64,000 nt of DNA from an uncultured Verrucomicrobiae bacterium (GTDB lineage: Bacteria; Verrucomicrobiota; Verrucomicrobiia; Chthoniobacterales; UBA10450), in the NCBI GenBank assembly GCA_963834385.1, contig CAWIBO010000005.1, positions 320,001 through 384,000 of the forward strand, read 5' to 3'. The notes under the pieces were generated by a model, which was not told the DNA's origin, made no database searches, and saw only the letters and a list, made by a program, of their open reading frames with translations. Each line of letters opens with the position of its first letter. Within the stretch, counting starts at the first letter, position 1. The translations under genes and the position numbers were made by a program. This document shows positions 50,509-60,781 of the stretch, in pieces.

Positions 50509-50907
50509 TTATTCGGCCAGGAGGGCTTCGCAGGCTTTGACGCACCGGTGGCAGGCCTCGGCGCAAACCCGGCAATGCTCCATCTTTTGCCCGTGTTTCT
50601 CACAGTGCGCACCGCAAATGCGGCAGGCCTCGATGCAGGCCCGAAGCTGCGCGCCCGCCAGCTTCTTGTCGGTGCGGGTCAGGCGGGAAATAATGCGCGC
50701 GGTGGCGAGACAGACGTCGGCGCAATCGGTGTTATCGCGAATACACTCAACCAGTGAAGCCACTTCCTTTTCGCCGAGGCAGGCATCGGCGCAGGCGTTG
50801 CACGCCTCGGCGCAGGAATAGCAGGCGGTGATGCACTCGATGGCGACGCCCCGGTCCGATGAAGGATGCACCGGGTGCGTCTCGAACATTTGTTTGATGT
50901 AACTCAC
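50509..50907 (-). CDS. Cys-rich four-helix-bundle copper storage protein (Csp3/DUF326-like)
   Basis: Repeated CxxxCxxCxxxCxxCxxxC, DCADVC, CEKH...HCRVCAEAC; no signal peptide. Confidence 0.88.
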   Translation of the reverse strand: MSYIKQMFETHPVHPSSDRGVAIECITACYSCAEACNACADACLGEKEVASLVECIRDNTDCADVCLATARIISRLTRTDKKLAGAQLRACIEACRICGAHCEKHGQKMEHCRVCAEACHRCVKACEALLAE

Positions 50908-50926
50908 AGGCTTGCGCTCGCTCCGA

Positions 50927-51112
50927 TTACAGACCCTCGATCTCGGTCCGGAGATCTTCCTTGGAACGCCCCAGCTTCTCCTGGAGCCGGCCGAGCATCT
51001 CCTCTTCCTTGCCTTCGGCAAAAGTCAGGTCGTCGTCAGTGAGCTGGCCGTACTTCTGCTTCAGCTTTCCTTTCACCTGATTCCAATCGCCCTTGAGACT
51101 TAACTTGTTCAT
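50927..51112 (-). CDS. CsbD family general stress protein
   Basis: KGDWNQVKGKLKQKYGQLTDDDL...EGKEE...GRLQEK.G. Confidence 0.9.
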   Translation of the reverse strand: MNKLSLKGDWNQVKGKLKQKYGQLTDDDLTFAEGKEEEMLGRLQEKLGRSKEDLRTEIEGL

Positions 51113-51153
51113 ATAAATGTAACGCGTCTCGGACGCCCGGCAGATGTAACCGC

Positions 51154-51492
51154 CTAATCGACCCGTGGAGAACCGCTCCGGCGCAGCTCCTCCTCCGCGC
51201 GCCGCCAATGGTCGTCCGCCCGGCCGTCCGGTCGGCCTTCCTCTTCCCATAACTGTTGTGCCCGTTGCGCGATCCGGTCTTCCGAGACGTCCACCGGATT
51301 GGTCTGGCTCCCGGGCACGCCGACGCCCGGGGTGTTGCCATGGCCGCGTTCGTTCTGCCCAAACGCATCGTTGACCGGTTCGCTGGCGGGAATCGGTTTA
51401 TCATCGGGATGTCCGCCGCCGGAAACGGAATCACCGCCATGTTCGGGCGCGCGAAAGATGCGCACGCGCGCGGTTTCGAGGAATAGGTTCAT
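51154..51492 (-). CDS. DUF2934 domain protein (start uncertain)
   Basis: C-terminal ERI..RA.QLWEEEGRPDGRADDHW.RAE.EL motif. Confidence 0.75.
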   Translation of the reverse strand: MNLFLETARVRIFRAPEHGGDSVSGGGHPDDKPIPASEPVNDAFGQNERGHGNTPGVGVPGSQTNPVDVSEDRIAQRAQQLWEEEGRPDGRADDHWRRAEEELRRSGSPRVD

Positions 51493-51582
51493 ACAAGGAA
51501 ATCGCAGCCGGAGAACGCTGTAGATTGGTTTCCCGTGCGAACCGCACCCGGCGTTTCCGTTCCTTCCATAAGGGTGACGTAT

Positions 51583-51600
51583 TCGTAAAAAATGTTACGA
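51583..51600. promoter_or_regulatory. Candidate operator palindrome TCGTAA-N6-TTACGA in divergent intergenic region
   Basis: TCGTAAAAAATGTTACGA between the DUF2934/CsbD/Csp genes and the copA-like ATPase. Confidence 0.4.
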
Positions 51601-51724
51601 GGGCGCCCAAGGTCTCCGGCCGCAAAACAGAGAAAAGAGAGCGCGCAGGGAGGTTGAAGGGCGAAAAGAATAGGAGAGACAGGGCCCGCGCAGGCGGCTT
51701 CGGTCTGGCTGGATATATTCCCAT

Positions 51725-54062
51725 ATGACACCTTCCCAATCCGCCACCGCCGCTCGCGACCCGGTCTGCGGCATGACCGTCCAGCCCGAGGAGGCAGCCG
51801 GAAGCCTGGAGCACGAGGGGACGACATACTATTTTTGTTCCGCCGGTTGCCGGGAAAAATTCAAGTCCGACCCGGAGCGTTACCTCGGCGAATCGGAGGG
51901 CGGCGCTTGCTGCGGTCACGCGGCGACGGCACCGGCCGAGGCGGCGCCGGGCGCGATTTACACCTGCCCGATGCATCCGGAGGTGGAACAGGAAGGGCCG
52001 GGAGACTGTCCGATCTGCGGCATGGCCCTGGAGCCGAAGAATGTCGCGGCCGGTTCCGCGCCGGATAACTCCGAGCTGCGCGACATGACCAGGCGTTTCT
52101 GGGTCGGGGCGGTTCTCAGTCTGCCGGTCTTTCTGCTGGCCATGGCGCATCTCTGGCCAGACGCGCCCGGGTGGTTGGAAGGCGAGTTTTCGCGGTGGAC
52201 CCAGTTTCTCCTGAGCACGCCGGTGGTGCTCTGGTGCGGCTGGCCTTTTTTTGTGCGCGGCTGGCGCTCGGTCCAGAACCGGTCGCCCAATATGTTTACC
52301 CTGATCAGCATCGGGGTGGGGGCGGCTTACTTCTACAGCGCGGTGGCCATGCTGGCGCCCGGTCTTTTCCCAGCCGCTTTCCTCGAGCATGGCCGCATCG
52401 GCGTTTATTTCGAGTCGGCCGCCATCATCACGGTGCTGGTTTTGCTCGGCCAGGTTTTGGAACTGCGGGCGCGGGAACGCACGGGCGGCGCGATCCGGGC
52501 GCTTGCTCGATCTCGCGCCGAAGACCGCGCGGGTGGTGCGCGATGGCGCGGAGGAGGAGGTCTCCCTCGAGGAGGTGCGGCGCGGCGACCGGCTCCGGGT
52601 GAAACCGGGCGAGAAAATTCCGGTGGATGGCGAGGTCACCGAGGGCCGCACCAGCGTGGACGAGTCGATGATCACCGGCGAACCCATCCCGGTGGAGAAA
52701 GGCGAGGGCGACCCGGTCACGGGCGGCACGGTCAACCAGACCGGCAGCATCGTGCTGGAGGCGCGCCGGGTGGGGAACGAGACCATGCTGGCGCAGATCG
52801 TGGAGATGGTCGCGCAGGCGCAACGCAGCCGGGCGCCGATCCAGGGCGTGGCTGACAAGGTGGCGAAGTTTTTCGTCCCGGCCGTCATTGCCTCCGCCGT
52901 GGTGACTTTCGGAATCTGGGCCGGTGTCGGGCCGGAACCGCGCTTTGCCCATGCCATCGTGAACGCGGTCGCCGTGCTCATCATCGCCTGCCCCTGCGCG
53001 CTTGGGCTGGCCACGCCGATGTCGATCATGGTCGGGGTCGGGCGCGGGGCGCAGGCCGGCATCCTGATCAAGAAAGCTGAGGCGATGGAGCTGTTGGAAA
53101 AGGTGAAAACGCTGGTGGTGGATAAGACCGGCACCCTCACCGAAGGCAAACCGGTTTTGCGCGAGGTGATTGAGACCGGGGGAATGGCCGCGGACGACGT
53201 CCTGCGGATGGCGGCGTCGATCGAGGCGCAGAGCGAGCATCCGCTGGCGGGCGCGATCGTGGCCGGCGCGAAGGAACGGGGACTCGACCTGGAAACGGTG
53301 GAAGATTTTCAGTCGGTCACCGGGGGCGGCGTGCGCGGCACCGTGGCCGGGCGGCGCGTGGTCGTGGGCAAACCAAGTTTCCTGGAAGACGAGGGCGTGA
53401 CCGGGCTGGAAGCGCTGGAAGGGCCGGGGACCGGACTGCAGGAGGAAGGGCAGGGGGTGGTTTTCGTGGCGGTGGATGGAAAAGCCGCCGGTCTGCTGGC
53501 GGTGTCGGACCCGATCAAGGAATCGACCCCGGCCGCGATCAAGGGACTGCACCGGCTCGGGTTGAAAGTGATCATGCTGACCGGGGACAACGAACGCACG
53601 GCCCGCGCGGTCGCGCGTGAGCTGGGGTTGGACGAGGTGGAAGCCGGGGTGGAACCGCAGCGCAAAAATGAGCGGGTGCGCCAGTTGCGCCGGGGCGGGG
53701 GACTGGTGGCGATGGCGGGGGACGGCATCAACGATGCGCCGGCGCTGGCCGCGGCCGATGTCGGCATTGCCATGGGAACGGGGACCGACGTGGCCATGGA
53801 GAGCGCGGGAGTCACCCTCTTGAAAGGCGATCTGCGGGGGATTGAAAAGGCCATGCGGCTGAGCCGGGCCATGATGCGGAACATCCGCCAGAACCTGTTC
53901 TTCGCCTTTGTCTATAACACCATCGGCATTCCGGTCGCCGCCGGTCTGCTTTACCCCTATTTCGGTCTTCTCCTCAGCCCGATGATTGCCGGGGCGGCCA
54001 TGAGCCTGAGCTCGGTCTCGGTGATCGTGAACGCCCTGAGACTGCGCGCCTTGAAATTATAG
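51725..54062 (+). CDS. copA: Cu(I)/Ag(I)-translocating P1B-type ATPase with YHS and YTCPMHP domains; +1 frameshift near 52503
   Basis: DPVCGM/YYFCS..C, YTCPMHP..CPICGM, TGEP, CPC, DKTGT, SEHP, GDGIND, YN, MSLSS. Removing one base at GCGCTTGCTCGAT restores AIRALLDLAPK. Confidence 0.9.
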
Positions 54063-54137
54063 GAATTGCGGCGCTTTTCGCCGGGGAAAAAAGAGGAAAC
54101 CGCTGGAGTGCTTCGCGTATCCGGCTATTACTTTGCC

Positions 54138-56993
54138 ATGCTCGCTCGCTTCCTTGTTTGCTCCCTCATGTTTGCCACCGCCGCGCTGCTGCCGGCGCAG
54201 GCTCCCTCACCCGCGGCTAGCCCCGCCGCAACGGCCGCCCCGACCGCTTCTCCTGCGGCCGCGGTTGCCGCTTCCCCCGCTGCTCCAACCACTTCTCCCG
54301 ACGCCGCGGTCGCCGCTTCTCCTGCTGCCGCTGCTTCCCCCGCGGCCACGCCTTTTGAGCTGAGCGATGTCTATTTCAAGAACCTGAAGGTGCGCGCCAT
54401 CGGCCCGGCTGTCATGGGCGGGCGGGTCTCGGAAATCGCGCTCGATCCGCGCAACCCCAATGTCTTTTATGTCGGGCTCGGCACCGGCGGCTTGTTCAAG
54501 ACCTCCGATAACGGCGTCAGTTTCAGCCCGATCTTCGACAAGGAACCGGTCCTCTCGATCGGCGCGGTGGCGGTGGCGCCTTCGAACCCGGACGTCGTCT
54601 GGGTCGGGTCGGGCGAGGCGAACGATCGGAATTCGTCGGGCTGGGGGAACGGCGTCTACCGGTCCACCGACGGCGGCAGCACCTGGACAAACGTCGGTTT
54701 GAAAGAAAGCCGGGCGATTGACCGCGTGGTGGTGCACCCGACCAACCCGGAGACAGCTTATGTGGCGGTGGCAGGTCATTTGTGGGCCGACAGCCCCGAG
54801 CGCGGTTTGTATAAGACGACCGACGGCGGCAAAACCTGGAAAGCGGTCCTGCAGGCGCAGGGCGCGAACGCGCAAAAAGTCGGCTGCACGGACGTGGTCA
54901 TGGACCCGTCGAACCCCGAGGTGCTTTACGCGGCGCTCTACGCCCGGCGGCGCACCCCCTGGAGTTTCACCTACGGGGTGAACGCCACCAACGGCGAGGA
55001 TGCGGGCGGCATTTTCAAGAGCACCAACGGCGGCGGCACCTGGAAAAAACTGGCGGGCGGGCTGCCGGGACAAACCGGCAACATCGGTCTCGCGGTCAGC
55101 GCCTCGAATCCGAAGATCGTGATGGCGGTGGTGCAGAGCGATGAAGGCGGCGCGAGCGACATCAGCGATGTGCACAGCCGGCGCGGCGGCGTTTTCCGCT
55201 CGGAAGACGGCGGGGAAAAGTGGACGCGAATGAACTCCATCAACCCGCGCCCGTTTTATTTCAGCCAGATCCGGATCGACCCGGCGAACGACAAACGCGT
55301 TTACGTCCTCGGTTACGCGCTCCTGGTTTCCGACGATGCCGGCCGGAATCTCCGGGAAGACCTGAGCGACAAGGTCCATCCCGATATTCACGCCCTTGTC
55401 ATTCAACCCGGGACAACGCCCGCGCCGAAGCCGGCCAAGCCGGAGGAAAAAGACAAGGCGCCCAAGCCGCAGGTTTGCCAGCGGTTGATCATGGGCACCG
55501 ACGGTGGCGTTTACCAGAGCTACGCCGCGGGCAATGGCTGGGATTTCCTGAACACCATCCCGTCCGGCCAGTTTTATCGGATCAGCGTGGACGACAGCCG
55601 GCCTTATTACCGGGTGGCAGGCGGTCTGCAGGATAATTGCAATTTCGTCGGACCCACCGGCGTGCCGAGCAAGGAAGGCATCCGCAACTCCGACTGGACC
55701 AACCTGGCGGGTGGCGACGGTTTTTACATTGTCTTTGACCCGACCGACAAGGACATCTTCTACGCGGAAAGCCAGGAAGGGTTCGTCCATCGAATGAACC
55801 TGCGCACGGGTGAAGTGAAGGGGCTGCGCCCGGAACCGGCCGAAGGCCAGCCGCGCTACCGCTTCCACTGGAACTCGCCTTTGATCGGCAGCAAACACAA
55901 ACCCGGCGTTCTTTACCTCGCCGGGAACCGCGTCTTTCGACTGACCGAGCGGGCCGAGCATTACACCGTGATCTCGCCTGACCTCACCCACAGCGATCCC
56001 GCAAAGATCGCCGCGACCGGGAGCGGCGCGGAAAATTTCGGGGTCATCTATGCGCTGGCGGAATCGCCGGTGAAGGCCGGACTGCTCTGGGCCGGGACGG
56101 ATGACGGCCGGCTTTGGGTGACCGAGAACGACGGCGGCAAATGGACGGAGCTGACCGGGAAGCTGCCGGACGACGTGCGCGGGCGCTGGATCGTGGGGAT
56201 TGAGGCGGGCGCGGGCGACCCGAAAGTCGCCTACGTGGCGCTGAACGCTTATCGCACCGGCGATGATCGCCCGATGATCGTGCGCACCGCGGACAGCGGC
56301 CAGACCTGGCAGAGCGTGGTCGGCGAAGGCCTGCCGGCGAATGCGCCGGTTGAGGTGGTGCGCGAGGACCCGGTCAACCCCCGGCTGCTCTACGCCGGGA
56401 CGCACTTCGGCCTGTTTGCTTCCTTCGACCAGGGCGCGCGCTGGATGCGCATGGGCGACATGCCGGCGGTACGGGTGGACGACATCAAAATTCATCCGCG
56501 CACGGCTGATCTCGTCATCGGCACGCACGGCCGCAGCATTGGCATCTTGGACGACACCCGGCCATTGCGCGAGCTGACCCCGGAAGCCGCAGCCCAGCCG
56601 GCTCAACTTTTCAGCGTGCCGCCGGTGAACGGGTTTTACCTTCTGCCGGGCTGGGTCGACTGGAGCGGCAAAGGCGAATTCCGTGGCGAGAACCCGCCGG
56701 AAGGCGCGCTCTTCACCGTCTGGGTGAAGGAATTCACCGGCGACGAAATCAAGATCGCCGTGACCAACGCGAATGGTCAGCCGGTGGCCAATTTGAAATC
56801 GCCGGGCGCGCCGGGCATGACGCGGATGAACTGGGACCTGCGGGTGACAAAAGATCTACGGACCGAGTACGGCGGCGACGATCCTCAAAGATTCGTGCCG
56901 AGTGGCGATTACACCGCCGAGCTGACCTACGGGAAACACAAGGCGAAGCAGACGTTCAAGGTCGAGATCGCCGAAGGAATCAAGACGAGATAG
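54138..56993 (+). CDS. Secreted VPS10/BNR(Asp-box)-repeat glycosyl hydrolase-like protein
   Basis: Signal peptide, Ala/Pro/Ser linker, R.IGP..MGGR, many S/T-x-D-G-G-x-T-W Asp boxes, GGLQDN, GGDGF, GTHGRS. Confidence 0.85.
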   Translation: MLARFLVCSLMFATAALLPAQAPSPAASPAATAAPTASPAAAVAASPAAPTTSPDAAVAASPAAAASPAATPFELSDVYFKNLKVRAIGPAVMGGRVSEIALDPRNPNVFYVGLGTGGLFKTSDNGVSFSPIFDKEPVLSIGAVAVAPSNPDVVWVGSGEANDRNSSGWGNGVYRSTDGGSTWTNVGLKESRAIDRVVVHPTNPETAYVAVAGHLWADSPERGLYKTTDGGKTWKAVLQAQGANAQKVGCTDVVMDPSNPEVLYAALYARRRTPWSFTYGVNATNGEDAGGIFKSTNGGGTWKKLAGGLPGQTGNIGLAVSASNPKIVMAVVQSDEGGASDISDVHSRRGGVFRSEDGGEKWTRMNSINPRPFYFSQIRIDPANDKRVYVLGYALLVSDDAGRNLREDLSDKVHPDIHALVIQPGTTPAPKPAKPEEKDKAPKPQVCQRLIMGTDGGVYQSYAAGNGWDFLNTIPSGQFYRISVDDSRPYYRVAGGLQDNCNFVGPTGVPSKEGIRNSDWTNLAGGDGFYIVFDPTDKDIFYAESQEGFVHRMNLRTGEVKGLRPEPAEGQPRYRFHWNSPLIGSKHKPGVLYLAGNRVFRLTERAEHYTVISPDLTHSDPAKIAATGSGAENFGVIYALAESPVKAGLLWAGTDDGRLWVTENDGGKWTELTGKLPDDVRGRWIVGIEAGAGDPKVAYVALNAYRTGDDRPMIVRTADSGQTWQSVVGEGLPANAPVEVVREDPVNPRLLYAGTHFGLFASFDQGARWMRMGDMPAVRVDDIKIHPRTADLVIGTHGRSIGILDDTRPLRELTPEAAAQPAQLFSVPPVNGFYLLPGWVDWSGKGEFRGENPPEGALFTVWVKEFTGDEIKIAVTNANGQPVANLKSPGAPGMTRMNWDLRVTKDLRTEYGGDDPQRFVPSGDYTAELTYGKHKAKQTFKVEIAEGIKTR

Positions 56994-57050
56994 GTCGGCC
57001 GCGTGTTTGGGAACGAAAAGGCCTGGGGTGGAAACGCCCCCGCCTTTTGA

Positions 57051-58313
57051 TCAGTCGCCCCCAGGCGGCAGGTCCGCTGCTTTCCAATCCATCGCGCGAC
57101 GAATACGACTGCGGCCGCTTGGGTGATCGAAAAAGATGATTTCTTCTAGCTGCGTCGGTTCGAGTTTGCGATAGGCGCCCAGCTTCAGCGCGACCGTGGC
57201 GGCCGCGTCGGGCTCGCGCGCCGTGTTCAGGGCAAAGGCATCGGCCTCGTGCTCGATCGTCCGGATGATCGTGTTGGTCACCGGGGTGAGCACGAGGAAA
57301 ATGGCGGCGATAATGAGCGAGAGCAGCGGCAGGCCCGCGGGATCGGAAATCCCGCGCACACCCCAGGTCGCGCCCCAGCGTCGCAGGGCCACGTCAAAGG
57401 CAAGCCGCGTCAGGCCAAAAGAGACAAAGAAGAGGACACCGAATGCGAACAGGAGTTTGACCGTGTGGCCGAGGATGTAGTGCCCCATCTCGTGGGCCAT
57501 GACGAGGCGGATCTCCGGGAGAGAACATTGTTTAAGGAGATTGTCGTTCAAGGCGATGCGAGTGGTGCCGAGAAAACCGGCCACGTTGGCGCTGATCCGC
57601 TTGGTCTGGCGGGAAGCGTCGACCTCGAAGACCTGGTCGACCGGGATCTGGTTGGCGCGGGCCATGGCCAGGATCGGGTCGCGCAGTTCTGGCTGGGTCA
57701 ACGGCTTGTAGGTGTTAAAGAGGGGCTCGATGTAGACCGGCGCGATCATGGCGAAGAAGGCGAAGAAAAGGACGCAGACCGCTGTGGCCCAAAGCCACCA
57801 GGTGCGCGGCGCGCGCCGGAAAACGGCGTAAAGGATCACGAAGAGGACGGAAAAGGCCACGAGGTTGATGAGGAAGGCGAGGAGTTGTTCGCCGAACCAT
57901 TGCGGGAAGGTCTGCGTGGCCATGCCGTAGGCATGTTCGCGGACAAAATATTGGTACCAGGTGAGAGGAAAGGCCAGAATGGCGCTGATGGTGACAAATG
58001 AGATGACGTAAAGGACCGTTTGCAGCCATTTCCAGCGGGCCCATTGTTCCGCGCGATTACGGAGGTAGGCGGAGAGCCGCGTCGTGAGGAGGAGCAGAGA
58101 GATCGCGGCCGTGACGAGAAAATTCCAAAGGATCAGCCAGTAGCCCCCCTCGAAGTAGGCCTCAGAGCGGGCGCGTGTTTCCGCCGGCACGGTGGCGAGC
58201 CAGGCGGCAGTGGCCTCGGCCGGCGCGAGTGAGGCGGCGGCAGCGGGTGTCGCGGCCGGGACGGGCGGGACGTCCTGCGCGAAAGCCGAGGCGCCGAGGC
58301 AAAGGCTCGCCAT
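57051..58313 (-). CDS. M48 (Ste24-like) metallopeptidase (start uncertain)
   Basis: PLFNTYKPL, VDASRQTK..SANV.G, HEMGH, E.EAD, DHPS...RI. Confidence 0.9.
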   Translation of the reverse strand: MASLCLGASAFAQDVPPVPAATPAAAASLAPAEATAAWLATVPAETRARSEAYFEGGYWLILWNFLVTAAISLLLLTTRLSAYLRNRAEQWARWKWLQTVLYVISFVTISAILAFPLTWYQYFVREHAYGMATQTFPQWFGEQLLAFLINLVAFSVLFVILYAVFRRAPRTWWLWATAVCVLFFAFFAMIAPVYIEPLFNTYKPLTQPELRDPILAMARANQIPVDQVFEVDASRQTKRISANVAGFLGTTRIALNDNLLKQCSLPEIRLVMAHEMGHYILGHTVKLLFAFGVLFFVSFGLTRLAFDVALRRWGATWGVRGISDPAGLPLLSLIIAAIFLVLTPVTNTIIRTIEHEADAFALNTAREPDAAATVALKLGAYRKLEPTQLEEIIFFDHPSGRSRIRRAMDWKAADLPPGGD

Positions 58314-58354
58314 CGCGCCAAGCAAAGCGGGCCGACCCGCTCGAGGGAAAAGCC

Positions 58355-58786
58355 TCAAGAATTTGTGGAATACGGCGTGGTGCTGCCGCGCCGGAGCCGG
58401 TCGAGGCTCCAGACGCCGCCCCCGGCGATGGCCAGGAAAAGACAAACGAAACAATAGGCGATGGCCAGTTCACCCTTGTTCAGGATCGGGAAAAAACCCT
58501 GCGGCGCGTGCGCCATAAAATAGGCCACGGCCATCAGGCCGGAGAGCAAAAACGCCGCCGGCCTGGTGAAAAGACCAAGCACGAGCAGAACGCCGCCAAT
58601 GGTTTCGAGCAGCGCGGCAAAACCAATCAGGGAAAGATAGTCCAGCCCTTCGTGCGGTTTGCTGCCGGGCGGAAAGCCAAACCATTTCTGCAACCCATGC
58701 TGCAGGATCAGGAGCCCGACAATGATACGCAGGATGCTGAGGACGCGCGGCGTCCACCTGGCGGCGAAATTTCCGGAATCAGCCAT
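58355..58786 (-). CDS. DoxX family membrane protein
   Basis: LRI..GL...HG.QK.FG, E..GG.LL.LGLFTRPAAF, MAVAYF, GELA, G.G.WSLD. Confidence 0.92.
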   Translation of the reverse strand: MADSGNFAARWTPRVLSILRIIVGLLILQHGLQKWFGFPPGSKPHEGLDYLSLIGFAALLETIGGVLLVLGLFTRPAAFLLSGLMAVAYFMAHAPQGFFPILNKGELAIAYCFVCLFLAIAGGGVWSLDRLRRGSTTPYSTNS

Positions 58787-58873
58787 GAATCGCATCCTTC
58801 CGAATCCCGCCCTCCCTGACAAGCCAAAAGCGGCCAGGCCTTCCTTCTCCTACTCGCTGAAAATTCGGACAAG

Positions 58874-59060
58874 GGATGAATTTGGAAGCCAGGAAAGCAG
58901 GAAGGGAATGAGGATGGAGGATGGAAGATAGAGGATAGCGAAGTGATCACCGACCACTGATCGCCGATCACCGATCACCGATCACCGATCAGATCAGCGT
59001 GTCAGCGTGTCAGCGTTTCCCCTCAGCGTGTCCAGCTCCCAAGCTCCCAGCTCCAAGCCC
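58874..59060. repeat. Patchwork of short tandem repeat arrays (9-mer, several 7-mers, 8-mer)
   Basis: GAATTTGGAAGCCAGGAAAGCAGGAA (unit A of the 44-kb element); (AGGATGG/AAGATAG)n; (ATCACCG)n; (TCAGCGTG)n; (CCAGCTC)n. Confidence 0.9.
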
Positions 59061-59062
59061 CG

Positions 59063-60055
59063 CTACCGCCCCGGCGCCAGCCGTTCCTGCAACAAAACAT
59101 TTGCCCCGCTTTTCACCCGCCGCACAACCTCCACCGGTCGCCCGGCTCTTCCCGTCTCCCGCACAACCAGCTCATCGCCTTCCATCCGGGCAAACCCTGG
59201 ACCAACCTCAACGAGCGCAGGCCGCGCCGCCGCCATGACGGCAAGCGCGTCGAAGACCGGTCCGCCCTCGAGGCCGAGCCACTTCGTCCAGAACCAGAGC
59301 CAGAACCCACTGCGTTTCGCGACAAACCGGCTTCCCGCCCGGTCGTTGGTCAGCATGGCTTCGCGCGTCCCGGGGCGCAGACGCAGACCGGCCGCCACCT
59401 CGATCGGAACCAGCAGCAACCGCGCGGGCCCGGCCAGGACGCGGCCCGCCGCCGCCGGATCCTTCACCACATTGGCGTCGCTGATGGTGACATGGCGGGT
59501 CCGGCCAAAACGAAGAGCGTCGGAAGGCCGTCGTCCGCCGAGAAAGATCACGCGCCGCAACCGGCGCGCGCTTTCGGGATGCTGCGCCTGGAACGCCGCC
59601 AGGTTGGTCAAGGGACCGAGGGCGATGTAGGTGAGGTTTGTTTCCTTTTCGAGCGCCCGCGCCAGGGCGCGGCTGGCCGGACTCGGGTCGAACCGGCCCG
59701 GCCCGGCTGCTCCCTCGTAAACCGGCACCTTCTCCGCCCGGGCGGCCCGGCGCAGTTCTTCCATGACAGCGCCCGTGCGCGCGAGCGAAGCGTTTCCGTA
59801 GGTGGTGCTGATTCCCACCAGGCGAAGCTCGGGACTGTGCCGGGCCAGCAGAAAGGCAAAGGCATCGTCCACCTCCCGCCAGGGAGCCCCGAGCGAGGGA
59901 TCCATGTCGAGCCAGACCGCGGTGGACGCATCCAAGGCCCGGGCACCGGCGAAAAACAAAAGGAACAGGGTCGCCGGGAGGGAAAGAGCTTTCCAAGGGC
60001 AGGTGAGACGAACAAAATTGGGGCGGCCAAGCCTGGAGAACGAACTGATGCGCAT
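59063..60055 (-). CDS. Nucleoside hydrolase (inosine/uridine-preferring family); start uncertain, signal-like N-terminus
   Basis: WLDMDP......VDDAFA (DxD...DD), GISTTYGN, IALGPLTNLA, DANV.KDP.A, VFDALA. Confidence 0.85.
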   Translation of the reverse strand: MRISSFSRLGRPNFVRLTCPWKALSLPATLFLLFFAGARALDASTAVWLDMDPSLGAPWREVDDAFAFLLARHSPELRLVGISTTYGNASLARTGAVMEELRRAARAEKVPVYEGAAGPGRFDPSPASRALARALEKETNLTYIALGPLTNLAAFQAQHPESARRLRRVIFLGGRRPSDALRFGRTRHVTISDANVVKDPAAAGRVLAGPARLLLVPIEVAAGLRLRPGTREAMLTNDRAGSRFVAKRSGFWLWFWTKWLGLEGGPVFDALAVMAAARPALVEVGPGFARMEGDELVVRETGRAGRPVEVVRRVKSGANVLLQERLAPGR

Positions 60056-60776
60056 ACTGAAGATTCTATTGTTGACCGTGATGACCCTGGCGGCCACCGC
60101 GGAGAGCCGGGCCGCGGACGCGCCCTGGACGGAAACCTACGCCGACCTCTTGAAGCGTTACGTCACGCCGGAGGGAAACGTCCGTTACCAGGCCTGGAAA
60201 GCGAACGGCGCCGATCTCCGCCGTCTTAATCAGGTGGTGCAGGGGATCGCCGGGGCCGACCTGGGCCGGATGAACCGCGCCGAGCAGCTCGCCTTTTACC
60301 TGAACGCCTACAACGCCTGGATTCTGCATGAAGCGCTCGAGAAATATCCGACCAAGTCGGTGAAAGACCTTCTCTTCACCTTTTTCCTGAGCAACCGGCT
60401 GACCGTGGCGGGGGAGAAGATGAGTTTTAATCGGCTGGAGAAGGATATCATCCGCCGGAAATTTGATGAGCCGCTGATCCATTTTGCGCTCAACTGCGCC
60501 AGCCAAAGCTGCCCGCCGCTGCTGGACGAGCCTTACCGGGCCGGGAACCTCAAAGCCACCATGGAAAAGCAGACGCGCGCCTTTGTGAACTCGCCGCGGG
60601 GCGTGGTGGTCGATGGGAAAACCGCGCGGCTCTCGAAGATTTTCGATTGGTACAAGGAGGACTTTCCCAAGGGTGACGTGCTGGGCTTCGTTAACAAATG
60701 GCGGAACAAACCGATTCCGGCCGGGGCGAAGATCGAATACCAGGATTACGACTGGGGCTTGAACGCGGCCCGCTAG
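60048..60776 (+). CDS. Secreted DUF547 domain protein
   Basis: Signal peptide; LAFYLNAYNA, IHFALNCASQSCPPL, SKIFDWY.EDF, YDWGLN. Confidence 0.92.
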   Translation: MRILKILLLTVMTLAATAESRAADAPWTETYADLLKRYVTPEGNVRYQAWKANGADLRRLNQVVQGIAGADLGRMNRAEQLAFYLNAYNAWILHEALEKYPTKSVKDLLFTFFLSNRLTVAGEKMSFNRLEKDIIRRKFDEPLIHFALNCASQSCPPLLDEPYRAGNLKATMEKQTRAFVNSPRGVVVDGKTARLSKIFDWYKEDFPKGDVLGFVNKWRNKPIPAGAKIEYQDYDWGLNAAR

Positions 60777-60781
60777 AAATC

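Noticed and set aside
54190..54350. Tandem DNA repeats in the VPS10-like gene
   Set aside because: Encodes an ordinary Ala/Pro/Ser linker (SPAA repeats)
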